Source: Raillietiella orientalis (taxonomy: Eukaryota). Taken from it: a stretch of 64,000 nt of DNA. Every line of letters starts with the position of its first letter. Within the stretch, counting starts at the first letter, position 1. Location of the stretch: positions 2,480,001-2,544,000 of the forward strand of contig JAYWIR010000021.1 in the NCBI GenBank assembly GCA_036172245.1, read 5' to 3'. Below the pieces are notes generated by a model. The model did not search any database. It was not told where the DNA came from and saw only the letters and a list, made by a program, of their open reading frames with translations. Made by a program: the position numbers and the translations under genes. Shown here one piece after another: positions 12,280-24,730 of this stretch.

Positions 12280-13130
12280 CAGGATGAGGGCACCCCGGGG
12301 TGGAGGGTACCGCCCTATGAATCCAGGAAGGGCTCGGAGTCCGTTCCTCTCACGCTTCGGGAAGGATTCTTCCCCATCTGGGGGGGATTGCACCTCCCAC
12401 CCTGGTTGTCAACGAAGAACCCCGAAGGAAACCTCCTTCCTCATTTTCTCCGGAGGGAAACCCCTAATGGGGGGTGGTCCTCTCCATTTCAACTTCTCCG
12501 GAGGAACCCTCAAGGGAACAGCTCCTGTTCACTCCTCTGAAGAGAACCCCGAAGGAGTGCTTCCGAAACTCAGAAGGGGCGCTGCAGCTTCTCGCAGGGA
12601 ATCGCTCTCGCTTGCTTCCTTGTGCACTCTGTGAAGAGGCAACGACTCAGAGGGACCCCCGCAACAGGGGGGGGGGGTCCACTCCATCTGAACAACTAGG
12701 AGAGTTGCCCGTGAGGGCTCCTGCTCCATGTTGAAACCAACCGGAAGGGTCCCTCCGGTGTGATGGGTCCGCTTTCCGTTGTACGACCGGAGGGAGAACT
12801 CCTCACTCCTTGATTCCTGGAAGGACCCGAAGGTCGACTCCCATTGTTCCGACCTCCATCGGGGCCTCCGGCTTAAAGCACCACTGGTGCCATGCCCGAA
12901 TGTCTCGGCCAACCAGTGCCATTGCAGGAGAAACTCGGAACCCAACGACGCAGTGGCGTCAGTTTCTGCCGAAGTATTCGAACCCGCGACGCATGGTGCC
13001 ACACGCGGAAGCCTTAACCACAAGGCCTCCGACGCGGAGAGCGCTTGTGGGAACGAGCTCACGCCTTTGGTACGAGACGAAGACGTCCTGGGTCGCCGAG
13101 AGCAAAAAACAGGACTCATTTATTCCCCCC
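12280..13130 (+). mobile_element. APE endonuclease remnant of LINE ORF2
   Basis: SSLLDSWKDPKVDS is homologous to the minus-strand remnants at 3.9 kb and 5.1 kb. Confidence 0.55.
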
Positions 13131-13668
13131 GTTTTTTTCTCAGTTCCTGAAACTTTCCTCGGTTCTGAAACTCTTCTTCCTCTTTAGGGGCTGGAAATGT
13201 TCCTGCGTTTCCTGAAAAGAAAAACTCCCTATCGATTCAGCAGCATCCTTTTCCTGTCTCTCAAATACGGAAAAATTGACTAAGAGCAGGACACGGAGCT
13301 TCCTCCTCGCGGAGCAACATGTTGGGAGGCTTACTGGTCTGTCCTACGAACAGCCCTAGGGTTTCAGAATGAAATCTTTTTTTATCCCATTGCTGACAGA
13401 GTAAGGCACTGTTGGGTTATATCTTCTCCTGCTCCTCCTGGCTTCTCTTCCTCCCTCATCCACAAAACAAGTTGCCTGAAACCATCTCTTTCCGTCAGTT
13501 CAAGTTAGGGAGGTCATACCGAAGAAGGGCAACCCGCTGTTTGCGCCCCTCAAACAAGTCAGCTAATCTAGAAGGCAAGCTGCCGTGCTCAATCAAGCAG
13601 CCGGATCTTCTAATACTCTTGCAATAGAGATGTCAAAAGAACGGCATTCTCGACCTTCATCCCAAGTA

Positions 13669-13996
13669 CAGTGGTGCCTCGGTACTCGATGGTTACGGAA
13701 CTCGCCTGACTAGGTACTTTTCTCATCTTGACGAAGAAAAATGTTTCGACCCTCGGCGCATGATCGGAACTCAACACCCCACTTTATGATGAAACGAGTA
13801 AACGTTCTCTCCTCTTGGTAGCTCGCAAAAAATGCCGAGCAATTCCATAGAGTTCCTCCCGATTCGTTCCTTTTGTGTGCTTTCTGTGCATTTTAAGCGT
13901 TAATCAGGGGTCCTGAAAAAATAGTTCGGTACTCGTCGGTTTCGGCACTCGTCGCGAGTTCGGAACGGATTGCCGACGAGTACCGAGGTACTGCTT
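13669..13996. mobile_element. Non-autonomous Tc1/mariner-superfamily (pogo/Tigger-like) MITE
   Basis: Left end is TA|CAGTGGTGCCTCGGTACTCG. Right end is CGAGTACCGAGGTACTGCTT (13977-13996), its reverse complement with a decayed tip. Internal CGG[T/A/C]ACTC repeats lie near both ends. No transposase ORF. Confidence 0.7.
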
Positions 13997-14299
13997 CTCG
14001 GCCATTTGGCTGCATTGACGAGCAAAGCATCTGTCTCCTTAACCGCTCGGCAAGTGAATACTCCGCAGATGGATTCAGCACAAGCTCAGGGCCTCGCTCC
14101 AGAAGATGTGGCTTTCAAATCTATCGGCCCATTCCTCCTTCTTCGATCAGTGTGAAAGAAGAAATATCCAAAACATCACTAACCAGTAATCATAGCCAGA
14201 GAATCAGTGTCATCCTTCTTCATAGCCAGAGGGTGCCCAAATGGCATTGTCGTTTCACTTTGCAAGCAGCTGCTGTGAGCCCTTCAGGGAATCGAAAGC

Positions 14300-14640
14300 C
14301 CTCTGCTCGTGCCTTTCCCAAACAGGAGTAAAACAACGGAGTCGGAAAGGCAACTGATTAGTCTTCGAGGTCTGCGAATATGACGTCCAACGCTTGAAGA
14401 GGCACTGCTCAGTTTGTCGACATCGTTGATCTTTTTGCCTGCGATGGGTAGTCCCTACCGGATCACCAAGCCACGCCAGAAGATCCTTGGAAGGCAGTCG
14501 TGTCTTGTCGAACAGAGTCTTCTTCCGGCCTTTGGAAGACAACGAGTACATTGTGGCGAGTGGCTGGAGAAACATGTGCTATGAGGAGCTCTCTGTCTGG
14601 TAACAGAAAATACGCTCGCAGCTGACTGGTGCACTCACCT
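14300..14640 (+). mobile_element. APE C-terminal remnant of LINE ORF2
   Basis: SLPDHQA...SSGLWKTTSTL resembles SDH...G.WK.N..LL. Paralog of 9235-9340. Confidence 0.5.
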
Positions 14641-17600
14641 GCCCGAATTGGTCAGAGCACTGGAGGGAATCCTGCCGGATGCCGAATTCCAGATACCTTC
14701 ATCCGTCGGATCTCATGCTCACTACCCTCGAGGAATAATCAGTGATTATCCCAATCTCCTCCGTGATCGCCATTCTAAAGCACAGCTTTCAGGATTTGTC
14801 GTTTTCAAAAAGAGGAAAAGAAAAAAATTCTTTCTACCTTTCGGCGATAGGAGACCACTGTGAACCAACCTTTTTCTTAAGCATGGACGAAAAGTCGCAT
14901 CAGAGGGGCTGATTCCGAAGAGTCACTCCCCTTTGCCTTCTCTCCCTTCTTCTTCCTCCTCTCCCTTCTACCTACGTCTTTCTTCCTTCTTTCTCTCTTT
15001 ACCCTTCCTCCTTTTCCCTTCCTCGTTCCCCTGCACTTCCCGCCTGGAAACCCGCAATCCCAATGCTGGCACCGGGTCCTTCCTCGTGGAAACCCATTTT
15101 CTGAATTTCAGCACGGACGCGCGGCCGCGTGACTTCATAAATCACAAGAAGCCCCGCCGTGCCCGGAATTTGAAAACCGGAATTTTCTCTCGATGGAAAT
15201 CGCCGGAGCAGATCGGGATTGAATATCGATTCTTCCTCTGCGTTTTTTTCCTCCTCTCCCTCGCTCGTGCTTTCCTCTGCAAAGCGGTGACTCGCAGCTC
15301 GAAGTGTGCCGCTGTTTTCGGCAGCTGCGCTCCTGCTCGAAAAGAAGGGGCCTGGGGTCGGGAAGGCCGAGGGGGGGGAGAGGGAAGGTTAAGGGACAGA
15401 AGTCTAGGCGAAGAGGAAGGGAGATGGTGGCTGCCGGTCGTGTTAGGCAGGGTCTCCGAGCAGGGCTCTCACCTCTTCCGTCTCTTCAAAATCGTCCGCA
15501 GGCCTGACTCGCTTTCTTCTACCTGTCTTTCCCCGCAGCCGGGGGATCGCCTCTTGCCTTCCTAGTCTTCAGGCATGCGCCTGCCCCTTTCGGTAGAAGT
15601 AGTGGAAAGGTGGAAATCCCCTTGCGGTCCGTTCAAAATTAGACGCCCTATCTGGAAGAGTCAAGCTCCTTTAGGTCACTAGGGAAACCGTTTCCAAGAA
15701 CGGGGTAGAGCATTGTGGCACTGCACGTGGGAAGGGAAGAGAACGAGTAACAATAACATAATTATGAATAAAGAAGAGACAGGGACGAGCAACCCTTTTT
15801 TTCTTACTCTCCTGAGTCCGCTCCAGAAGGCGTAGCAAAAAACCTGATAACGAAGAGGGGGTATCTCGTGCCACTCTTCCGTCTCTTCGCAAGTTACTCC
15901 CGAGCTTGATGGACCGAAGGAAACTCACTTCATCAGATCAGCGATGATTTCATTCCGTTGCGGAACTCATTCTCCTTTCGGTAAGCCGTCAGTTACAGGC
16001 GACGTCGACTTATTGACATGAGATGGCACTGGACCAGGGCAACAGCAACGGCGGTAGGAGACCAGGTCCGACAGAGCCAGTCGCTGTGGAAAACTCTTCT
16101 GAAACTATTCTCCCGTTTCTGCGGCTAGTTGCCGGTGCGACCCGGTGTCCACGCCTTCCAGTCTACTGCGATCCTCCTGCAGTTCACGTGCATGTGGTTC
16201 GAGAGAAAGTCGCTGATTCTGCAGAGCAAGCAGCGCGTAGAGGTCCCCCTTCCACCTCTTCGCCTAGATGCGTTGCTAGACTTCGTTGCCAGGGAGTCTT
16301 CACCCTCCGAAAACTCAACGCAGCACCTGGTGCTACGAAGGGTTCACAACGGGAGCCTCGTGAGACATAGAAACTCCTGGAGGAAAACTTGCAGAATTTC
16401 CTCGCACGCTGTACTCTCTATGGCTTGTCTCTCAGTTACCAGCTGCTGCTCCACCTGGTGACTTCTGCATGTGCTCGGAGCGGCCTCACCTCACGCCACG
16501 ATTACGGAACCCTCTTCATGTTTCCAGCTGAAGGTGTTCGCTTTCCTCCCATCCTCACTTCTAGATGTCTCCTCCGAAACCCGGTGGCCTTGAATTGAGC
16601 ATGCCTCATGAGCATCCTGCGCCCACTGCTGTGGGCTACCACAAGGGATGCTTTTTGCAACCACCTGATACCCCAGGGGCCAGGCCATCCTAATGCGTAT
16701 AAGAGGCGTTTGGGAATTCCCTCTGCAAAACCACATAAATAACCCTCAGGACAACCGTCTGAGCATCCCTCACGGCTAATCCACCTCCCTTTCACTCGGC
16801 TAGGGAATGGAAAACTACAAATTTTTTCAGAGCCCGTCGCGCTCTTAGACTGAGCTCTTAGACAGCAGCCGCGTGCCGGGAGGTAGGGAGAAGCATCGGA
16901 GTGCATTCGCTGTTCGTCCTCTCCAGCATACGGAGATGCAGTTTTGAATCTCGAAGTGGGCATCAATTCATTCACCATTGGAGGGCTCAAGAAGACGGAA
17001 GGAAGAGCTCATGGAGGTGACAGTTAGTTCTTCCTTGTGGTATGAGTCTCTTTCCTCGCACTGCTGGTAGCGACACTGCCATAAGAGACGCGAAGATGTG
17101 CCTACACTTTTCTGATCAGTGTAAGTCCATCTCATCCACATCATAATGCTGGTTTTCGATTCTGTCCGAATAAAAATATCTTCAAAATGTAGGCGACTCG
17201 CATGGGAATGGACCTTGAGGGCCCGGAGAGCAAAGCAAACAATTCGTAGGTCGGAAACGAAAAGCCATGCAGATGTTCCCAGACGCTTTTACTTACTCTG
17301 GCAGAAGGGAAGCAGCGCTTCGGAATGCTCCAGGCAATCGAAGTGCAAACTCAGAGGGTACAACTCGATTGTGCCTGCTCTCAGCGATTTCAGGATCTCA
17401 GGATCCCGGACTGCCGCTGTCGCAGTGCTGTGCTGTCCTTTGAGATCAGGCTGAGCGGACGACGTGACAGGGGAGTCACCCTCTTCTCAATCCGGTTCTT
17501 GCAGATCGCGGCGAGGCGAAACCACCAAGAGGAGTTCGCTGTCATCCTGCAAAGGATCCAGAAGTTCACACATGGCGGGTTGTGGTCCCCCCCTTCTCCC

Positions 17601-20600
17601 CCCGATTTAATCAGACCGTTTTTTCTTTCTTTTCATTTTTCTTATTCCATGACCCCTCCGCGGTGTTGTGAAACTCACCGACGCGCCTCATTGCATGTTC
17701 GAATTTAGTGGGACGCATAGTTCCACCGAATTGCTGTTTGTGGGACGCAACAACCGAGGGTGGAAACTCAGGTGAGATCCAGAAAATTCTTTATCCCAGA
17801 ACCCAGTCTTTCCTGACTTTCATCAAGGTTGCTATTGAGGGATCGTGGATTCCTTTTTGTCCTACCACAAGTCTGCGCCTTCGGCAGATTTGCTAGAGTC
17901 ACTCAGGAGAAGCAACCAGGACAAAACCTTGAAAACGAAAGCAGGTGGATAGGGTGCTCGTGCTCCGCTTCTGAGGAAGTGAAGAAGAAGACCCAGGGAG
18001 GCACTGCAGAGCCGGTGCCAACAGGCAGACACCAATTCGAAGCAGATGATGAACAGCATCGGGCAAGAAGTTCTAATTGTCCGCATTGTAAAATCCTCCC
18101 CCTCGCCTTCGGATGTTCAGTGGTGCAGCCACGTAAAGAGATGTCTATTCTCTTCCGAACTGCAGACAAGAGCAGATCTTGGGGGCCTCTGCAGCATCTC
18201 GGAAGTCTTTGAATCTTTCTTTCCCAGTAAAAAATTTTTCCTCTTATTGTTCCGCTACTCACACTTCTGGAGGTCGCTTGAGTATTTTCAGCCTTCTCCT
18301 TCTGCGGCTTGAGCCGACAATGCTCAGAAACTTTCGACCCCTTGAACCGTTTATAAGTGCTTGAGTTTGCAAGGAGGTTGGTCAGAAGAGCCTGGAGCTT
18401 GTTGCGTGAGGACTTTCTCCCCACCCGTCAAACAACGTTTCTTAGTTTGACTATCATCAAGATGGTCAGATTCCAGCTGCTGGCATTCCCAATGACCTTG
18501 TATCCATCAATTCTGTGGGATAAGGTGGATTTTTGTTGACGGGAACTGTGATTCACGTCCATTGTGACTACGAAGCAACTAGCAGCACCAGAAAAGTGTC
18601 TCATACCACAAGGAAGAACCGACAGCCAACTCCCCAGGCTCTACCCTGTTCCTGAGCTCTCCGGTGGAGAAGACGATTCTGCAACTCCGAGATCTGTACC
18701 ACAGAATTCCTCATTTTCTTCCCCATTTTCTCACTCTGGCTTCGGGGAGCATTAAGCACGCCTTAAGTATGGTGACAGAGTTCAGGTCGCATCCTGCAGG
18801 CGATTCGAAGGCCATATGAGGGGAAACTAGGAGATCACGAACGCCCTCCCAAGCTTAGTGAGTACCGAATAGCCTACCAAACCGAAAAGTCGGAATTGTG
18901 GATCTCCGCTCCTCCGCCGCATACTCTTGGAGCCTCCCTATCTCAAGATGCCGAACAAAGCATGAGAGCTTTGCAGGAGGACAGGCGCTCTCGATGTTCG
19001 GAGCGTTCGGAGCGGTCGTTGGATGCCTGCTTAGAGTTTCCTAGGCGATCGCTGAGTATTCATGGATCGGAAATCCTCTTAGGAGAGCTCTGGATTCGGG
19101 AACTTTAAGAACTAAATCCCGCGGCAGCCTCCGGGGTGGCTGGACCACAACTTCTGAGGATTCTTCCACCTTCCATGCCTAAGTGTGGAACCCAGGTTCA
19201 GTTAGATGTGTCCTGGCTCGGTCTTACGAGATCTTCCTCTCTTTCGGAGCAGCATTCCAGGACACAGTTCCGGAGAGCATGAGCAGCCGAGTGGACTGCG
19301 TTCTAAGCACAGACTCCCTTAAGGCTGTTGCCCTCTATAGCTCTTCAGTCATAGTTCGCTGTCGTCGGCTGGCTCCTTGGTGACTTACGAATACTGAAGT
19401 CCCCAGCTAGAAAACTGTTGCCATCGGAAAGCGCCGATGAATGAAGAAGAGCCTCGGGGGAAAGACAGCTCAGCGCTGGGACGCTTATCATGGAGTTTTT
19501 TTGTAACAAGCCTCTTCCATGAAGTGCGCATTTGTTTCAGATGGCGAGACTCTGCCATTCCAAAGCACCTTTGGATCTTCTTGACCGCGATAGAAACCGA
19601 AGGCAGATGGTAGAGATGGGGACCAGGATGTAACCTTGCAGGAGAAGGAACGACGACAAAATCATTGAGCCAGCACGGAGATCAAGGGCGTCCTCCCAGT
19701 CTCAAAATTTGCTGTTGCCTGAGTTCCCATGAAAGGAGACCCTCACTGCCATCCTGCACAAAACACTCGATTCCTGCTTGACCCGACATCACGAGAAAGA
19801 TGAAACAAAAGAGCTGAGTCCAGAGACGAGGTTCCCTCTGTTCTGAGAGCGTGGAAATTAACCTCAGAGTAACCGAAGAAACTGAATACAACCGGATCCC
19901 TCTGGAGAGTTCATAAACACATCAAAGATACAAGAACATTCAGGTGAAAGTTTTCTATTGCTGTCAACCATCCAAGAGAAAAAAGAAAACCGGAAAGTAG
20001 AGGGAACAGTCAGTGAACAAATCTGATGGTGAAGGTAGGCTAACATCATTTCTTCGAAACTTCTTTGTCCCGAAGATCCAAATGGGAGAGAAGAGAGAAA
20101 AAAAGAGACTATTTATGTCCGTTTCTTAGACACAAGTTTTTGAGGAGATCTTCTATTGATTCTCGTATCAGAAGGAAAGGGCATATGTCATCCCTTGGCT
20201 TCCAGATTAGCAAAGCGACAAAAGAGCTTCCCGAATCTCCCAGCCAGCTTCTTATATTCTAAGTCTCCACGGTTCGCAGAGAGTACACATCGTGGAAGTC
20301 GGTGGCTGTGCTGCCGTGGAAGAAGCAGCTTAGAACGCCCACAGCTTCCTGGAGGCTCCAGCGCATGGGGACCTGTTCAGAGAGGAGGGAATCGACGAGC
20401 TCTCGAAGAAACTCTTTTCCAGTTCTCAAAGTGATGTCAGGAGATAAATCTACCGCCTCAGCATCCAATGGTCGTTTTCTGCGTGATTACATTCGCCATT
20501 AGAGGACTAGTTGCTCCCAGTCAACCAATCCCTGGCGAAGATTCCAACTTCCGAGAAATTTTGCCTTGCAAGACGACCAATGGTGGTAAGCCAATCCTAC

Positions 20601-23600
20601 TTTACTGGCCTGTTGGAAGCACTATGCCAGCTATAAAAAAACCCAAGGAAGAGGAAGAAAAGGGAACACTGGAGTTTGGCTCAACATTCTGCTGCTGAAG
20701 GAGTATCCACTCTGTTACGAACCATCGTCGTAGGATGCCTCAATGCATGCATCCCAAGAGGCAACAAGATGCTAAAGGAACTTAGAATCAAACGGAGGAG
20801 AGCCGAGAACCTCAGGAAGGAGATGATATGCAACAACATCCAACACTCTCATGTGATGCGCTGGGACCATCAGATGCATCACGACATGTGAGCAGCAGAC
20901 GAACAGAAAATTCCAAGGTTCGACTTCTAGGTGACTACGATTATGGAAACTTTGGAATTGGTGAAAACTTCCCCTAGCTATTCTGTTTATCTTCTACTGG
21001 TAATTTTTCTACGTACACATTAATGCTTCGGAAATAGAAAAAAGATTACCTCCCATGCTGACAGGATAAAGCCACTCAGGACTTTCAGAGTGTCGCCGAA
21101 AGGGAAAGCAGCTCCATGTGTCTCTTCATAAGATCGGCCATCACGAATCCGAGCAAGACCCTTAGATGCTCGATAAAGAGAGCTACCGACCTGCGGTAAA
21201 ACCTCCGTGAGCCACTTCCACAGTCTTCAAACGTCTTTCGCTCTTGTTAGCAGGACGTCAAGAGATCCGTCCATGCTTTCCGGTAGTTGCTCAGTTTTCC
21301 TTACAGGGGACCACAACACTTCGTTCTGCCTGTCGCTTTGTCAAAGAAGCGAGACGAGACCCACACAGCCGAGCAAGCGCAAGCAGATGTGCCTGGCCGG
21401 CAAACATCATCACTGGGAGAATCACAATCTTTGAGGCCCCTTGAGGCCAAGACTTTCGAAACCGATCCTGCAGTTTTATCTTCTGAAGCCTCGGAGGATT
21501 AAGCCCTGCTTCAAGGCATACTGGGAGTCTGCATCCGATGGCTAGAGCTACCTGGTAGAGATTTTAGCATTTAGAATTTCTGACTTCTGACGGGAGGAAC
21601 TAAAGCTCGAAGGCTCAATCGCCAGTTCAGACCCCACAGGGACGAGCTGTGACAAAACACCCGATCCAGCTGAGACCTGCTGGCGAACTCGGAAGTCTCT
21701 TTTCCTACAGTTCTTTCTTTCCTCCCGTTTGCTAACTTTTCCTCTGTGCATTCCAACTACCACTTGGCTTCCAGGCTCGAGTTGGAATCTTCCATTCGGG
21801 GTGTTCGGGCAATAGGTCGCTGTCGGGGTTCGAGGCCAACGTCGGATTGATGGGACGCAAAGTCAACGTTGCCGCTCTGCTTCAAACGTAAGGATACGTT
21901 TCTGGACCTCAAGCCAAGCCGAGGACGCACCGTCGTGTTCCAGGTCGAGTTCTGCTTCCGGTAAACCATAGGTGCACCAGGGGAGCTGGTTGAAAGTTCT
22001 GCACTGCCAAAAACCCCCACGTCTGCTAAATCCATCCTCTGTTCGTGCGAATCGGATTGCCAGCTGATCTCCGGGTCACCCGCAGCATGTCACCCCATGG
22101 TTTAGCCATGGCGTTCAGCAGATACTGGACGCAGCGCCCCAATGTTTCCACTAGCTATCGGATGGATTGGATTTTGGAAAATATCGCGGATTCCTTTAGG
22201 CGGCTGCTGAGAGATTGAGGGATTTAGACATTTTGAAGTACTTGGCTGCTGGCGGATCCCACGATTCTCCTGATCCCATGGGGAACGCGTACCGAAGTTG
22301 TGATCTTCCTGGAGGGCATCTGTCTGCAGATGTCCTCCAGGCAGATACTGGGATGTTTACTCTCCTTGTCCGCCTAAGCCTCCTAAGTCGCATGAAAGCT
22401 TACAGAGTGTTAGTACGGTCGATTTTTTTTCCTCCGGGCCACACTGCACGTGGTGAGTCCATCTGCAAGATTCAGTGGATCCTTTCCAAGATTCCCTGAA
22501 GGTCCACCTCAAAGAGAAAGTCTTCTCCTGAGAAAACATTCGAATCGCGGAGGATTCGTGCTGCTTCTCGTTTCCTCACGATCTCGTTTGCTACAGCTTC
22601 ATAGGCTCTCAATCTTTTAATCGACATTAAGTTACATCTCTTGGTGACATGAAACTATGCCGCCTTATGGTGAGCCCTATATGTAAAAGTGGAAGAGAAC
22701 TCTTTGACATTCAAGTAACTCTGCAAAAGAACTTCCACTGAAATATTGGACTTTTCTACTCCCTCTCCTTTGGTGGTGAGTCCAAAAATCTATCCCAGTT
22801 CCCGGCGCAGGGCATAAAGAGATTCCAAAATGGGAGGGGGGTTTGTGAATGGATCGTTCCGAAGGACAGGAGGGAAGGGCTGTGCCGAGTGCGGTCAAGG
22901 GGTTCTGGAAAGCTTCCAATATGCCTGCGTCGGTTCTTCGTCTCCTCCCCCCCCCCTTCGTTCCGGGAATGAGTTCGGCTACGTCCCCCATTCCGCCGAG
23001 GAGTCGTGCGTGGATTATCCCGCCGTTGCCGGGTGTCGCTGCTATGGGGAGCGGCTCACTTTTGCTCCGCTGCTTCCGCCCCGATTCATCCAGGGACGGG
23101 TCTCTTTGCTCTTCCGCGTCAAGCCAGGTGGAGGGTTTCTCGCTCTGGTGATTAGAGACGGATCCATCGGCGTGGACGCGTGTGAGCCGCAGGCGCGCCT
23201 GGACGCTTTTGGATGCCGGCATCGTCATGGGTGCGCATCTCGTTACATCTTCAATCAAATGACCTTCAGCAGATCACGCGGCACCTTTGGGCAAATCGGT
23301 GGTCTTCCAGCAGACATGCCAGCGTGGAAGAAGAGGGAAGGAGAAGAGGTGCAACAGTCACCCTACCTCGTTCCGTTATCGCAGTGATGAACCAGATGTT
23401 TGCTCTAGGCAATTCCGCGTGCCCCAGCAACAAGATCGTTCACAAAAGTACGTCCACTTGTCCACGGTCGAGGGCTTTTCTCAGTGCCTGGAGATACGCA
23501 TGCGGACTGCTTCAAGCTATCATCCCATCCTCGAGACCAGCGCGCATGACGTGGCGAGGCTCTCGGTCGCCTCCAGCGCGAGAGGTCGAGCGTCCCAGAA

Positions 23601-24099
23601 TGCAGGCGAAATGAGAAATCACTGACGTCGCTGCTGGGCTTCAGCTCCACGTCGTAGGAGTCGTCGAGATGCCACAAACTACACCAGTCGGTCAAACTAA
23701 GGCACTCCTTACGGGCATCCCCACAATCCACGTGTTTTCTTTCTGCAACCTCCTTGGTGAGTGGGAGAACTGCTTCCGGTTTCGAAGCAAAAGGAAGAGA
23801 AGAGAATGTCGCCGGCATAGATCGAGAAAAGATGAAGCTCTTGGAGAAGCAGCGACTAACTCCGCTGGCCAAACCTCATCCTCCAGCTGTCAGAAACGCC
23901 ACCCCTGAGTGGGAGATCATTCGCCGCGCACGAGTTCGGATTTATTCCCTTGAATTTCATTTCCGAACACATACAACTTTATCTAATCATTATGATTGTA
24001 CACATAATTGTATGAACGGAAGAGGCTCGCCCTAATCTTCCTATTCTTCCGATAAACTTCTAATGATGGTCCTCTCTCTTCCTTTTCTTTTTTTTTTGC

Positions 24100-24730
24100 A
24101 GCGTTGGGAATCGGCGAATTCATTTCTAAGGCTACGTCTGCATCTCTCTGGGGATGTTCGCAGTCTCCCTTGCAAGAGGGTCCAGATGCTATAGCGCCGC
24201 GATCTGTGCTCCCCTTTGACCACCGCGATGACCTCGAGGAGACTCGGACAGCGGCGTAAAAGTAACGCCGGCGAAGCCCGCCGGAGCTGCTGGCCGTTCT
24301 TTCCGGCGGCGTCCTCATTGCAGCGACGTGCTCTGGCATGGCATGCCCGGGAGTGATGACTCCTTCCCGTAGATGACGCGGCTCACGACTGGGCTTTTAG
24401 TATCCTTCCGAGCTTCAGAGGATCAGTAGCCGTGGAAGCATCGGCATCCACCCAGCATCAGGAGCGTCACAGGCGCTCTCAGCAGCCTCACGAGCGTCAG
24501 CGGGAGCAGGACCAGAGACGATCAGAATCTGGACTCTCAGAGGCTGTAGGAGCACCAGCAGCATCTGCAGGACCAACAACGAGAGCTCACAGACTGCCGT
24601 ACCGTCAGCGGGAGCACCAGCTTCGATAGCATCACCTCTTGAGACAGGAACACCAGAGGTGAAAGTATCAGCAGGGTCATCGGGTACAGCGTTGACAGAA
24701 TTTTCGGCCATCTTGCGCCACGGACGTGAC
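24100..24730 (-). pseudogene. Ala/Pro/Asp-rich low-complexity reading frame, possibly a LINE ORF1 N-terminus
   Basis: MAENSVNAVPDDPADT...GPAPADAREAAESACDAPD, frameshifted, followed by YFYAAVR. Assignment rests on context only. Confidence 0.3.

Noticed and set aside
9235..14490. Shared in-frame TAG in two paralogs suggesting an alternative genetic code
   Set aside because: Both are decayed APE remnants with many other lesions, and cyclin B translates cleanly in the standard code.
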